Shown one piece after another: positions 44,131 to 57,909 of a stretch of 64,000 nt of DNA (positions within the stretch are counted from its first letter, which is position 1; each line of letters begins with the position of its first letter). This stretch comes from Octopus vulgaris (taxonomy: Eukaryota). Under the pieces are notes generated by a model. It did no database searches. It had not been told where the DNA came from and saw nothing but the letters and a program-made list of their open reading frames with translations. The stretch is from positions 5,704,001 through 5,768,000 of the forward strand of contig OX597820.1 in NCBI GenBank assembly GCA_951406725.2, read 5' to 3'. Both the position numbers and the translations under genes were made by a program.

Positions 44131-44138
44131 TACCAATA

Positions 44139-44317
44139 TGCAGGCGTGGCTGTGTGGTAAGTAGTTTACTTCCTAAATACTCCTTCCGGGTTCGGTCTTA
44201 CAACATGGCATCTTGGGCAAGTTTCTTCTTCGATAGCCTCGAGTAGACCGAAGCCTTATTGAGTGGATTTGGTAGACACGGAAACTGAAAGAAGCTCGCC
44301 GTGTATATTATATATAC

Positions 44318-44354
<37 letters not shown>

Positions 44355-44550
44355 CCTACCGCTCCTTGACAACCGGTGCTGGTGTGTTTACGTTTCCGTA
44401 ACTCAATGGTTCGGCAAAAGAAACCTATGGAATAAGTAACAGGCTTTTAAATGAAATAATTAATGGGTTTGATTCAGTCGATTGAAATTCTCTGAGCTGG
44501 TGCTCCAGCATGGCCGTAGCCAACCGACTGAAGTAAGTAAAATATAAAAG
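44139..44550 (+). mobile_element. SINE family B, full length
   Basis: Head, core, internal (TA)(TG) tract and tail gactgaagtaagtaaaa. Confidence 0.85.
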
Positions 44551-45171
44551 AATTGCACCAGATGCACCAGAAACGCCGTCCTATGCACCACCATCACCAA
44601 CAACTACTGCAACAGCAGCAGTAGTAGCAGCAGCAGCAAGAAGAGCAACAGGAATAAAGAACAGCGAAAGAAGTGACGAGGTGTTTTGGAAACAAAAAGC
44701 GAAGACCATAGAGGAAGTTAATTAAAATTGGTTAGCGATGTATGTGTGGAAGGAAGAATGATTCTGGAAGAACTGGGACAACAATAATGGCGCTATTCAA
44801 AACAACTTGACTCCTCCAGCGAGAAAATAAATACCAAGATTATATAGAGCAGAGTGTTGAGAGAGAGAGAAGAAAAGAGAAGAGAGATGATAGAAGAGAA
44901 AGAAGGTAGAGTTAGAGGGTGGTGGGCGTGGATACATCTGTTTAGGCGGTCTCTGAGTGCGAGTGAAGCGCCGCCAGGAATTGATTGCGGCTGATTCAAC
45001 AGACATCAAAGGATTAGTATGACGATGTGTAAACAGCGGTTCTTGGAGCGTGCCAGGCCATCAGTTTTACACACTGCACTACATGCGGTTCTTACCCGCT
45101 GAGCCACAATAAAACACCAAAAAAAAAACCCCACGAACAACGTCGACGATATCGTCGTCTAAAAACAGAAA

Positions 45172-45271
<100 letters not shown>

Positions 45272-45644
45272 GTGTAGCATCGATGATAGCAACCTCGTAT
45301 TATTACTGCTATCTCTAGTACTATGAAACACCAAATGAATGCAAGACTATTTTTCAGTAACACACCCACCTCCACCACCACCGCCGCCGCCAGCACCCCC
45401 ACCAATATCAATAAGGTAAGACTAACACCATCCATCACCATCACCACCACCACCAATAACAACAACAATACTACTATCACCGTCGTCACCATCATCATTC
45501 ACTACCACCACAGCCCCGAGCAAAATCCACATCAACTTCCTGTAAAGATTTATCCACCCCACTTCGGCCCTGTTCCTATAACCTGGATAACCACCAATAG
45601 TATTGACTCAAATCAAAAGTTGAGGAATGTGTGCGGAAATAGGG

Positions 45645-45890
45645 TATAACCTCTATTTACGAACGCTTCTCATCACGAACAAATTCGGATTACGAGAAAT
45701 TTTCTGGTTATGAACGTGGCGACAAGCTGAGAGTATCTGCAGGAGGGCATCAGTTGCTGCCAGGTTTTGACTCAACGCATATCCTTGATCGAATTCGCTG
45801 TGCCTTCTTTTGAAATTCCAATGGGGAAAATCGTTTTGGTTTACGAATATTTCAGGTTCTGAACAGCTTTCAGGAACGAATAAAATTTCT
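45645..45890. mobile_element. Possible pogo/Tigger-like MITE remnant
   Basis: tataacctc..ttacgaac start with repeated ttacga(a) subterminal motifs; TIRs decayed. Confidence 0.35.
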
Positions 45891-46031
45891 ATCCACTATG
45901 TATAAGTTTTGTTCCACTATGTAAGCTTTGCGAAAGACACAGGAAGTGTCTCAGTGCGCTATATGAAACTGTGAATGATTTACTGTTTACATTATTTACA
46001 TTTGGCGGATATTTGTCTTCATTTGTTGTTA

Positions 46032-46075
46032 ACACAACGTTTCGGCTGATATACCCTCCAGCCTTCATCAGGTGT
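46032..46075 (-). ncRNA. Hammerhead motif with minimal (dimer-type) stem III
   Basis: acac CTGATGA a ggctg gagggtatat cagcc GAAA cg TT gtgt. Confidence 0.7.
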
Positions 46076-46106
46076 CTTGGGGGAAATTACACTTTCACGT
46101 GCACGT

Positions 46107-46162
<56 letters not shown>

Positions 46163-46479
46163 GACACAACTCACAGGTATTTAGCTACATCTCTTTACAT
46201 ACGTAACGAGTTCAAATCTCCTTGAGACTGAAATTGAAGTCTACCCTTTCAGCTTTAGATAAAATAAAAGTACCTGTTATATAATGGGGATCAGTTTAAT
46301 CAGCTACACTCATACCTCACAAAATGTGTGGTTTTGCGCCAATGTTGGAAATGTTAGAAATTATCACAGATTGGCAGAAACGAAACAGAGTCTAGAGTCT
46401 ATTGTCTTCCGGGTTCAAATCCTGTTGAGGTCTTGTATGCATGCCGTGCCATTGGCAGAATCTCTGAGATAAGTGTGTG

Positions 46480-46514
<35 letters not shown>

Positions 46515-47631
46515 AAGTGTACTATGTGTGTATGTGCAGGAAACGATGACTTATGAATCGGTTCGTCGTTACTCAACAGTATTTCAGAGAGTAACTTAAC
46601 TGCTTCTACTGTGCCTAGGCTGTTTCCAGAAGCAAATGCTGAGCCTCCAAGCATAATTATAAACCTCTCCACTCATAGATACACCAAGGAGAAAAAACAA
46701 GTCAATACGCTCAAAGTATCAATGGAATTTCAGCAAAAGCCAGATATTGGTTAGGTTTATCCATACATATCTGCCTGAGGGCCCTTCTCTTCGATTTTAC
46801 TTAACTAATAAGTTCATTTCCTTAGCCCTTTTAAACTCAACGGAATTAACTTCGTTCAGATGATCAGCTAAAGACATGAATACCCTCAATTGCCCTTCGT
46901 CTTCCGGGGGCAATTTCCTGGGACTCTAACAGGCGCTACGACTCCAGATCAGAGCAGACTTAGAGGTAATAGAGGCCAAGAGGTGACTCATGCTCCTCAA
47001 AATCCTGGGAGTGGCACTTCCGAATCTGGGCCCCACTACTGGATACAGTTTAGAGTCACATCTCAGTCCAATTTATGAATTACTACAGTAAGGATCAATC
47101 AAACATCGTATTGACTTATCCTCAAATCTTTGATTCGGCTCAAACCTTTGCAAGAACATACTAAATTCAGCTGAAGACTCATAAGGACCATGAGGTGGTG
47201 GTTGTGAATAGAACCACAATGTGGAACTCAGTGAAACCTGGTGGTATTAGACAAGGTGAGAGATTATGCCTGTCACCTAAGAACAAGGTCCCTACAACGG
47301 GATTCCACTCATATTCTGTCAATTGAATTTTAATCGCAAGGCTTTGGTCGGCCCAGTTACAGGTAAAAGAGTATTCCTGCCACATGGTGGAATCGAACCA
47401 GAGACTATGAAGATGTGAAAGAAAATTCTTAACCACAAAGCCACGACTCCAGCAGGCTTACCCTATATAAGAGTGTTTAGTTTACGTGCATTGGGTGCCT
47501 TTCAGATATGGAAGTATATATGTTTGGGGTTCAATCCCCCCACGGAGCGAAATGATGAATGTCTAGTATTTAGGACTTACATCTAGTAACTAAAATTGGC
47601 GAAGGGCGTGGATGCCCGAAGGGGTATCTGT

Positions 47632-47676
<45 letters not shown>

Positions 47677-47901
47677 CAGAAGGGGCGATTCCTGATATTT
47701 AAACCAAATCATGCCGTTTTAAAAACAAAAGCCATATAATTGAATTAGAGTACATGTAGCAGACGTACTCGCCCTGCAGTTGGTTCTCATGAAAATGAAA
47801 GACTCTATTAAAATGTTATTTGATATTGGCATGTACTTATGGAATATGTTAGGTATGCACTGACTAACTTGTATACGAGAAGGAAAAGGTACTGATATAT
47901 G

Positions 47902-47957
<56 letters not shown>

Positions 47958-48093
47958 TAGATAGATATAGATATATATGTATATAAGGTATGTAAACAGT
48001 AAGTCAAAGATTTATCTCATAAAAATGTTACATGTAGTGAACATCGTCTAGACATTTGCGCAAATGGATAAATGGATAATTCAAAATATTTCC

Positions 48094-48130
<37 letters not shown>

Positions 48131-48135
48131 TACAT

Positions 48136-48173
<38 letters not shown>

Positions 48174-48234
48174 ATATATACATATTTACTTACACACACA
48201 CACATATATATATATATACATACACACGTGTGTA

Positions 48235-48295
<61 letters not shown>

Positions 48296-48310
48296 ATGCA
48301 GATATGTATG

Positions 48311-48408
48311 TCATTATTCGGTTTTATTTCAAGATCTCTTGCCAAATAGAGTTGAATTCTAACCTAGATCCAAGCTTCCTTCATTGGAATTTCAACATCA
48401 ACAACAGT
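48311..48408 (-). mobile_element. 3'-terminal fragment of the (CATA)n-associated R4 family
   Basis: Reverse-complement similarity to 41115-41206; TATG repeats on both sides. Confidence 0.8.
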
Positions 48409-49131
48409 ACTTTTGTATGTACTTATGTATGTATGTATGTATGTATGTATGTATGTATGTATGTATGTATGTATGTATGTATGTATGCATGTATATATGT
48501 ATGCATGTATGAACGTATGTATGTATGTATGCATGTACGTATGCATTAGTATATCCGTATTGTCAAAAATGCCAACAGTTTTATTAAAAATTAAAAAAGA
48601 GCACATTAAAATAATGCGAGAAACCGTTGGCAAATATCAGCAACCGAGTAAATATGTGTACGTACACCAACTTAATGCACTTCAACACTTAGTTATGGTT
48701 TAACGTCTCAGTTTAAAATATCGTCCGTGTGATATACGAAATACCCACTTTTCCATGTTCATATAAATCAAAAAGATTTCATGCATACGGATGGTCATTC
48801 TCGTGGAATATTTCCCCATCCCCGGACATTATTACTTGGAAGATGGGAAACGAAAGAACCATTTTGCAGGATAGTGAAAAATTGTTGCTCGATGCCAAGG
48901 CAAGGAGACAGTAAATCAGACAAATGAATATACACACGCACACATGCGCAAACACACGCGCGCGCCGTGCTGCATGGTTGGTGTAACCATGATGTTTCGA
49001 TGATTTGATGAGCTAGCTTTCTTTGTTTGCATTGAGTTGTGAATATACAACTGTAATGTATGATGCCGAGCATACATATCAATGTATACGCGTAGGCAAA
49101 TATCTATGAAGGATACCAATTAGTTAAATAT

Positions 49132-49310
49132 ATAGGGAGAGTTTACGAAAAAAACAAAAGACGAAGACAGGTGGTGTACAAAACAAACAGATGTATTGGT
49201 ATAACGCTTAGGAATAGAAAAAGTCTTTTACGTTTCGAGCTTACGCTCTTCTACAGAAAGGGACACAGAGAAAAACAAAAACAAGGAGAGAAAAAAATGT
49301 GTGTAGTGGC
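49132..49310 (-). mobile_element. Short PLE-like terminal repeat with a hammerhead core variant at 49225-49260
   Basis: cttt CTGTAGA a gagc gtaa gctc GAAA cg TA aaag; homolog of 22010-22170. Confidence 0.7.
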
Positions 49311-49387
49311 TATCTTGTCATCTCTTATAAATTCGGATTTTTGTAGTTCATATATACAAATATTTACGTACACATAGACACACACAC

Positions 49388-49545
49388 ACATACGACGGGC
49401 TCCTTTCAGTTTCCGTCTAGCAAATCCACTCACAAAGCTTTGGTCGGCCCGAGGATATAGTAGAAGACACTTGCCCAAGGTGCCACGCGGAGGGACTGAA
49501 CCCGGAACCATGAAGCTGGGAAGCAAACTTTTTGGGACACATCCA
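49388..49545 (-). mobile_element. SINE family B
   Basis: Close to the family consensus. Confidence 0.88.
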
Positions 49546-49627
49546 CACCTGTGTCTCTCTCTTCGCTCCTTTACGCTACATGGGCTCAAATGGAATCCTC
49601 ATCGTCGCAACCGACAGAGTGCTACAC

Positions 49628-49658
<31 letters not shown>

Positions 49659-49676
49659 TGTATGTATGTATGTATG

Positions 49677-49707
<31 letters not shown>

Positions 49708-49950
49708 GTATGTGCGTATGCATATGTGTATATCTGTATGTATGCGTGCACGCCTATACTCATGTATGTATGTATATATCTATATATGTATTATGTACGT
49801 ATATATGTACGTATGTAAGCGTATATACGTTTCCAAAGAGTCTTGGCATGCTTTTGGCGGGGAATTTGAGGCATAACTAAAAATGCAATTGATTAAACCG
49901 CACGTGATTTTGACGCTAGTGTTGGTCTAATAAATTGTATTGAAGACAAA

Positions 49951-50026
49951 CCTCTGCTGATGATTTATAGATGTTTATGTAAGTAAAATTACATATTACA
50001 GTAGTAATAAAACAATTTGTTCAGGG
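49951..50026 (+). ncRNA. Degenerate long-stem-II hammerhead motif
   Basis: ctg CTGATGA tttat...ata AAAC aattt GTT cag; G12 lost; the downstream tail ends in (TA)n at about 50175. Confidence 0.45.
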
Positions 50027-50170
50027 TCAATCTATTTATTCGTTATATTTCACTTTCCTTCCGTTAAATGTATGTTATTTCTAATTGGAAACATCTTTTT
50101 CTGTGGTTATACTATCGGAGCTATTTTTAGCACTAGAGCTATCCACATAGTGGTTAACTCTCTAATAATT

Positions 50171-50218
<48 letters not shown>

Positions 50219-50442
50219 CTTCTCACCACCGTCTAACAGTGATTGGATACAATGTATCAGATACATACATGCAAGTATAACCCTACGTATACATATATAC
50301 ACGCACGCACAATCATATAAATACGTATACACACTCACATATATAAAGGATAATCTTAAGGTATACGCATATACGCTTATCCTTCTACACATATATACGT
50401 CACTAACGACGATTAAAATTCAAAAATTTATATTTTACATAT

Positions 50443-50508
<66 letters not shown>

Positions 50509-50523
50509 ATAATATACATATAT

Positions 50524-50697
50524 ATTTCTTTATTGCCCACAAGGGGCTAAACACAGAGGGAACAAACAAGGACAGACAAACGGATTAAGTCGATTATATC
50601 GACCCCAGTGCGTAACTGGTACCTAATTTATCGACCCCGAAAGGATGAAAGGCAAAGTCAACCTCGGCGTGCTAACGTTTCTGCCAGCTCGCCGCCT
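50524..50697 (-). mobile_element. SINE family A with internal deletion
   Basis: Family consensus, deleted between cctcggcg and tgctaacg. Confidence 0.88.
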
Positions 50698-51014
50698 TAT
50701 AATATATACATATATATACACACATACTCATACGGGTATGCATGTACACACTCAAACACACACCTATACTCACACAATACATACACACACACACACGCTA
50801 AAATACACATGCATCTACACATACGTACATACATACCTATGTACACTCATACGATTATATATAATTACATATATGTATTTCAGTATCATGCATCTCAATG
50901 TGTACGTATGGATTTCTACACGTAAATGAGAGAAAGGGGTGATTATAGATGGGTACTCCCGAGTGGATTCTGGGTGTTACCCCATTCGGATTTACGGTTG
51001 AGGGTGAATTTATA

Positions 51015-51172
51015 TTCCTGCATAGATTTGGTGCATGAGGGAGTTTGATGCCGCTGCTCTCATCTGCACTTCCTGCTCTGAAGCTGGTTCATCTGGGACA
51101 CTTCGTAGTAAGAGGTCCAGTATCATTTTGAAAACAACTGCATCCACCCCATGCAGGTCTCTCAAGTCCTTC
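51015..51172 (-). mobile_element. CR1-clade LINE C-terminal fragment
   Basis: [36 protein letters not shown]...RAAASNSLMHQ. Confidence 0.75.
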
Positions 51173-51426
51173 GGGAGGATACTGAAGAGCTGTGTATATT
51201 TATATGCATGTATATTATACACACGCACACGCATATATATATATATATCCATGTATATATATGTATATACATGTGTATATATATCTCCATGTATATATAT
51301 GTATATACATGTGTATATATATCTCCATGTATATATATGTATATACATGTGTATATATATGTATGTATATATATATATACATACAATTATATATATATAT
51401 ATATACAATTAATTATATATATATAC

Positions 51427-51468
<42 letters not shown>

Positions 51469-51471
<3 letters not shown>

Positions 51472-52394
51472 ATATTTCGGAATGGTCATTTTGTCAGTTT
51501 AGCCAATAAAAACACACGCACTATATATTTGGTGTTAATTTGCTTCAGTGTTATTTATTTTTTACATTAATCTTAATCTTATTTCGTCCAGAGTTCTTTC
51601 ATCACACTCCTGTGACCCCATCAGTGGTCCTTTGTTTTCTTCTTTCTTATTTGTGTCTCTCCTTACTAACCGTCAGCCATTTTGTATTTCTATTGTATGT
51701 CTTCTTTTGCGCATGCTTATATCTCTATGTGCGTCTATGTTTATTTAGTATGTGTGTGTGGGGGGATGCCTGTAATATTTGTATTTTCTGTTTATATACG
51801 TTCATATAATTTGTTTTTGTTGTTGTTGTTTTTGTTTATTCTTACTTTGTTCATGTGTTTACATCCACTTATTATTATCATTACATATGCTTGTATGTAT
51901 GTATAACAACAATACTAGTAATAATAATGATAAATCGGAAAAAATAATAATATAGTTATTTATTTCTATTTGTTTATTTATCTGTGTATTTATTATGTTT
52001 TCGGGATCCTCTACCGTCATATGTTGTGGTGTGTGCTAGTGTTCCATTCTAGTTTTCTATTCAGGCTAGGTTTATTTTCTATTATGTGTCCACACATAGA
52101 ACAGATGAAACAATCAGACAAATTACAAAAGCTACACATATAAGAGACAAATAAGAAAGAAGAAAACAAAGGACCACTGATGCGGTCACAGGAGTGTGAC
52201 GAAAGAACTCTGGCCGAAATAAGATTAAGATTAATGTAAAAAATAAATAACACTGAAGCAAAGTAACACCAAATATATAGTGCGTGTGTTTTTATTGGCT
52301 AAACTGGCAAAATGACCATTCCGAAATATAACAATATCTGTTTCAACACACGACTTCACATAAAATATCTTGCACAACAAATATATAAACTTCT

Positions 52395-52397
<3 letters not shown>
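51469..52397. mobile_element. Penelope-like element with inverted terminal repeats in (TA)n
   Basis: Arms about 51469-51657 / 52144-52332; GIY-YIG end HIIENKPSLN on the minus strand (about 52093-52064); hammerhead-like motif in each arm (51588-51627 minus, 52174-52213 plus); tail only on the right arm. Confidence 0.88.
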
Positions 52398-52458
<61 letters not shown>

Positions 52459-52484
52459 GTATATATATATATATATATATATAC

Positions 52485-52740
52485 CATAAGGGACATTAGC
52501 CATTTGAATGTGGCTAGGGACAGGGCAGGGTGGTGGGGGTGTTACTGATGCATTTAGCCCCAGGCGATCATCAACGTCAAAAGATAGACTGACACCATCA
52601 CGGTGTCCTCTATCCTGCAAAGGGAGATCATTCCCCGAAGAAGCGGATGCCACATACGGACCCAGGTTTCAAGGTATTTGCCTATCATCAACGTATGGCA
52701 GGCACCGCTCCTCGACGAACAACTTCCTGTGCAGGATATT
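52485..52740. mobile_element. Unclassified hairpin-rich repeat next to (TA)n
   Basis: Homolog of 12910-13110. Confidence 0.6.
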
Positions 52741-52792
52741 TATATATAGATTTTCACGTAAATACATTTACTTATATGTCTCTCTCTCTTTG

Positions 52793-53150
<358 letters not shown>

Positions 53151-53648
53151 TATATATATATATATATCACTCACTCTCTATTGTTTTCATTTACATTTTT
53201 CAGACGCTATTATTTTCATTTTAAGTTAAATCTCTATTTTTTTCACTTTAAGTTTCTAATCGCTATTTACAAACACCAACGACAAATTACTGACTGAAAG
53301 AAGTTCACAATTACTGATGAAAGTAATTTCATACATAATTTCCTGACAGACGTAACTTCAAAAAATTCACTTAAATCCTTGGACTTGGTTAATTTCCCTA
53401 AAAATTTTTATTTACTTTTGCAACGGTTTTGTGCTTTTCTGTTGTTAGCGGCTTTTTTCTGGTTCCTTCGATACTGGCTCTTTGGTTCACTGGCAAATTT
53501 CGCTTCAGCCCGTACAATTCTTTATTTTCCGTAAAAATTTCTTATTTACTTTCTGTCCGTCTTATTAAGAAATATAATTTCCCTTACCCAGTTATTTTCA
53601 TTGTTGACTATTTTCTGCATCCGTGTATTTCTGTATACGCTTATAACC

Positions 53649-54290
53649 ATGCCTAGAAAGAAAGTGTCAAATTTGTCTACACTATCATGGTGAGCCAAAA
53701 GAATGTCGCTATCCAGGGAAAGAGAGACAGGTGCAGAAAGAGAAGCATATCAATAAACGAAGAGACTGTGCACTACAAAAGTCAGAGCATCTCAAAGGGA
53801 TGAACAGAGGTATGCATCAATGTCAAGGAATAGGATCTCCACTGCAGAACGAAGAGCAGTTGCAACAGGTCAGAGAAGAAACTTCTGTGAAGCAGCTTTC
53901 AATTATGATCCAGCAGTTCATTATGCAGAGGACACTAGAATTTCCATTGGTGCAATGACAACTGAGTCCAAACCTTGTAAGGGAGGAATTGACCTTGAGA
54001 GACACCTGCAATGTGTTGCGGTGGTGGAAAGATTAAACTTCCAGCAATTCCCCAACCTCCAAAGCCATTGAAGAAACTGTTGTCATCAACTGACCAATAT
54101 TGCAAGCCCTTCCAAATCAAAATTAGACAATACAACACTGCACTACAGATGACATCATTTGGAGCCACAAGAGATTTAACTGAGCCAGGATTCATGCAAA
54201 CTTTCAAGAACCAAGGTCAGATTTATCATCAGATTGGCTCTCTACTACCTCTGTCAAATGAATTACCAAAATCGGTCTTTCATTGATTAT
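53649..54290 (+). pseudogene. Helitron RepHel N-terminal fragment
   Basis: CCGGGKIKLP..PPKPLKKLL..IRQYNTALQMTSFGA..GFMQTFKNQGQIYHQIGSLLP is the conserved Helitron Rep N-terminal region; frameshifted; non-coding flanks probably span about 53165-54715. Confidence 0.88.
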
Positions 54291-54961
54291 AATCTCTACC
54301 TGTCTTTTTAGTTATGAAACAAGCTGCACAAAACGTGCTTTTGAATTGTGTGAATTTACTTTATATACATATATGAGTTGAAAACTTTCTTTTAACACTT
54401 CATTTATTTTCTATGTTCCATACTGGCATGGGTTGGAGAATTATTAATGTAGAAATTTGGTATCTCATCTACTAGCTGTTGAGAACTGCGTAATCTAGAC
54501 GGCGTTTTTCAATTTCATTATTCTCTTTAAACTTTTCAGTAGTTTTGGAAAGACGAAACGAAACTTTTAGTAAAATAAAGAAGGAAATAAGTGGAAATTT
54601 TACCGGTAGGTCTGTTAAATTATAAGGCACTAAAAGAGAATGACTCTCCCCAGTATATATATATATTGTGTTACACTAAGAAACGTTGCGTGGAACACGG
54701 GTTTTCGATTAGAGTCACAGGTATATGTATATGTATGCATGTACTTGCTTGCTCACTCATATTTCCAATTCGTCATACTAGTATCCTGTATGACTGTATG
54801 ACCATCCCGCATAATTTTCCAATGTACCATATATGGCACTATCCAACATAAACTCGTCTTTCAAGACGGTAAGATGTAATTTGAAAGATACGTGGCTGCT
54901 ATTTTTAGCAAAGTGAATTACCACACATTGGCATATATATCTTGATATGTATGTACACACG

Positions 54962-55002
<41 letters not shown>

Positions 55003-56325
55003 TATACTCACTCAGAGGGACACCTTTGAGACACCTACGCACATGCCCCACTGTCACGCACCGACACACACGAACCTAAGTCAATATATGTATGTATGAA
55101 AGATAGCTACTCATAAGGTGTTCCACTGCGTGTGTACCCCTTAATACACACGACAAGTAAACTGAGATTGCATTGAGTTGTTCGTAAGGAACAGCTTCAA
55201 AAGATATGAAATCCTATAAAATATGTTTAAAGAGAATCAAAGTATTGTAAGAAGCGGGTGTTTAGTTGAGTGACGGGGTGACATGACAGTTGGTGTAGAA
55301 TGGATCATTTGTAGTGTCGAGATGTGATGATAAACATGCTGCGGACTAGGTGTGCAAAGCCACGTTTTGTGCAAATATATTCTCAGGGGTTCACTGCAGC
55401 TGTTTCCTCTGAACAATGTGAGTGCATCTCATCTGTGATCTGAGTCAGTGTTAGCCATTTCCACTTCCAACCCATCGACATTGTACCGAGATGCAGTTGC
55501 TACATCTGTCAAAGAACATGAAGAGGTATTTGACAGAAAAAAAGAGAATTTAGCAGCAGGATGATAAAAATAAAGCGCAGTTCATACTAGGCGTGTTTTA
55601 ACAGACTTGAAACATTGTCAGGAAGGGCTTACAGGAAGGAAAGCCTATGACCATATTGTACACAGCACGATAGAAGGAAACACGACACGGAATCTGACAG
55701 AGTTCTTCAGATTTGTCAAAATCAAAAGAATGTAATCGTTTGTGTTGCTTCCTGGAGTGAGACGATTGGAATCCTTGAAACTGCCATTCAAGAAAGCGAA
55801 GAAAAGGTATTCTAAATGAACAGCTTGCCCCTGCATTTAACGACGGTATTATTTCAACTGTAACCCCAAGACACATCCTCTAAATTTAATGATTCTCATT
55901 TGCAAAATAAAATTTAAAAGCTACCATTTTCTCCCAAAATATTTCTACTTCATTGATAAAAAAAAAATAAAAAACTATCATCAAAGCTCGCCACCTGGTG
56001 AGAAATTCATCGTTCATATTTCATTAGACCACTCCCACGACAGAGTTGAGTGGAAAGAGGTAAAAATCAGCAAGATTCTCAAAACAGAGAATGTGACTAA
56101 AATGAATAATAGCGGGATAGGAGGTGCCTCGATTTATTCCTTTTACCTGATAGAGATAGCAGCCCTATTTTCTTTCCTCACAATATATGCCACTGTCTTA
56201 GGCATGGCAGGTCGTATTAAGTTATGTAGCCCAAGATAGCTCTTATCAGAGAGAATGGTCATGCTGTCCACCCGTTTATCAGTTTCAGGAATTGAAGAAT
56301 AGGTGAGATGATATAGGTCTTTATA

Positions 56326-56545
56326 AGGCGGTGAGCTGGCATAACCGTTAGCACGCCGGGTGAAATGCGTAGCCGTATTTCGTCTGTCGCTACGTTCTGA
56401 GTTCAAATTCCGCCGGGGTCGACTTTGCCTTTCATCCTTTCGGGGTCGATTAAATAAGTACCAGTTACACACTGGGGTAGATGTAATCGACTTAATCCCT
56501 TTGTCTGTCCTCTGTGTTTAGCCCCTTGTGGATAGTAAAGAAATA
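56326..56545 (+). mobile_element. SINE family A with perfect 16-bp TSD
   Basis: GATATAGGTCTTTATA at 56310-56325 and 56546-56561. Confidence 0.95.
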
Positions 56546-57452
56546 GATATAGGTCTTTATATGATGGTGCGCATGATCATTTACAGAGCTTTAGAGAAGA
56601 AACAAAAGAAGATGCCTTTACTTATGGGGTGGGGTGGGGTTGTAGCAGTCGGATGAGATGCTTCGGCCCATGCCACTATTTACAGACCGAACACCCGATC
56701 AAAATAACGGAGTGAACTCTTCTAAAGGCATTCAATGGCCAGACGGTTAGGGCTGGAAGCGGGGAATATGTACAGCTCTTCCGATGGTCCTCCTCTCGAT
56801 AGAATTTTCCCTTCCAAGCTTTGAGCCAAACAGCTATGATATGAGACGTTGTAATATACTACGGCGAGGTCGGATCGAAACCGTAAGTGCGTGACTGCAG
56901 TACGTTAATCAAAAAAGCAAATATACAGCAGAAACTATTGAAAAAGGTTGCAAGACGCAACGAAAATTTTAGGAAAATAAAAATAAGAAAAAAGTGGAAA
57001 TTTTACCGGTGAGTGTGTTACATAATAAGGTGCAAAAAGAAAATGACTCTCCTTAGACACAACAGAATATGCTTCAACACACAAACTCATACAAAGAATC
57101 TTGCAAACCAAATCCCAAAACAAAAGATACTTAAGCATTTCTAAAGAAAAATAAATTATCGATTACATTTTCCTATTTAGAAAAATATAAAATTCCAGGA
57201 GAGAGTTAAAAACTTGGTTCCTACGACAGATTAATAGTCTTCATACTGCTGTTTAATCTAGAATTTCAATTATCAATTGCAGAGTACCTTAAAGTACAAA
57301 CTTAGGCGGCGTACTTTGATTTCAAATGCAGGCATCACTTGTCAGATGGCAGCTTCGTCTCCGGTGACCTTGTTGATTTCTGGAAGAAGCTTTTTGATCA
57401 GGCACCTGCCAGATCAGAGTGGACATGGGGCTAAACAAAAACAACAACAGCA

Positions 57453-57857
57453 GTGGAGGCGCAATGGCCCAGTGGTTAGGGCAGTGAACTCGCGGTCGGA
57501 GGATCGCGGTTTCGATTCCGAGACCGGGCGTTGTGTGTGTTTATTGAGCGAAAACACCTAAAGCTCCACGAGGCTCCAGCAGTGGGTGGTGGCGACCCCT
57601 GCTGTATTCGTTCGCTCCAACTTTCTCTCACTCTTTCTTCCTGTTTCTTGTCCCCGTCTTCCTACGCAGCCTGGATGCGCATTCATCCATCCGTCGATGC
57701 TCTCTGTGTCGGGGGTTGACTTGCTTTCTCTTCTGCGGGTCTTACGAATAGCAAAGGACCACGTTTCAGACTTCTCCCACGAAGACCGTTCGCTCAACAG
57801 CACAGCAGCCACAGCAGCAACAACAACAACAGCAACAATTCAAACAATAACAACAGC
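57453..57857 (+). mobile_element. SINE family C, full length
   Basis: A box TGGCCCAGTGG, B box GTTTCGATTCC, CAA/CAG tail, CAA-rich 5' flank. Confidence 0.9.
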
Positions 57858-57909
57858 AAAGGTGTATGTTAAACTCTTCCTTCTATACATCTTCCTTCAC
57901 TTTCATTTG

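Noticed and set aside
57453-57530. tRNA gene (also 17750-17815)
   Set aside because: A and B boxes are present but there is no acceptor stem, and the sequence continues into a SINE body.
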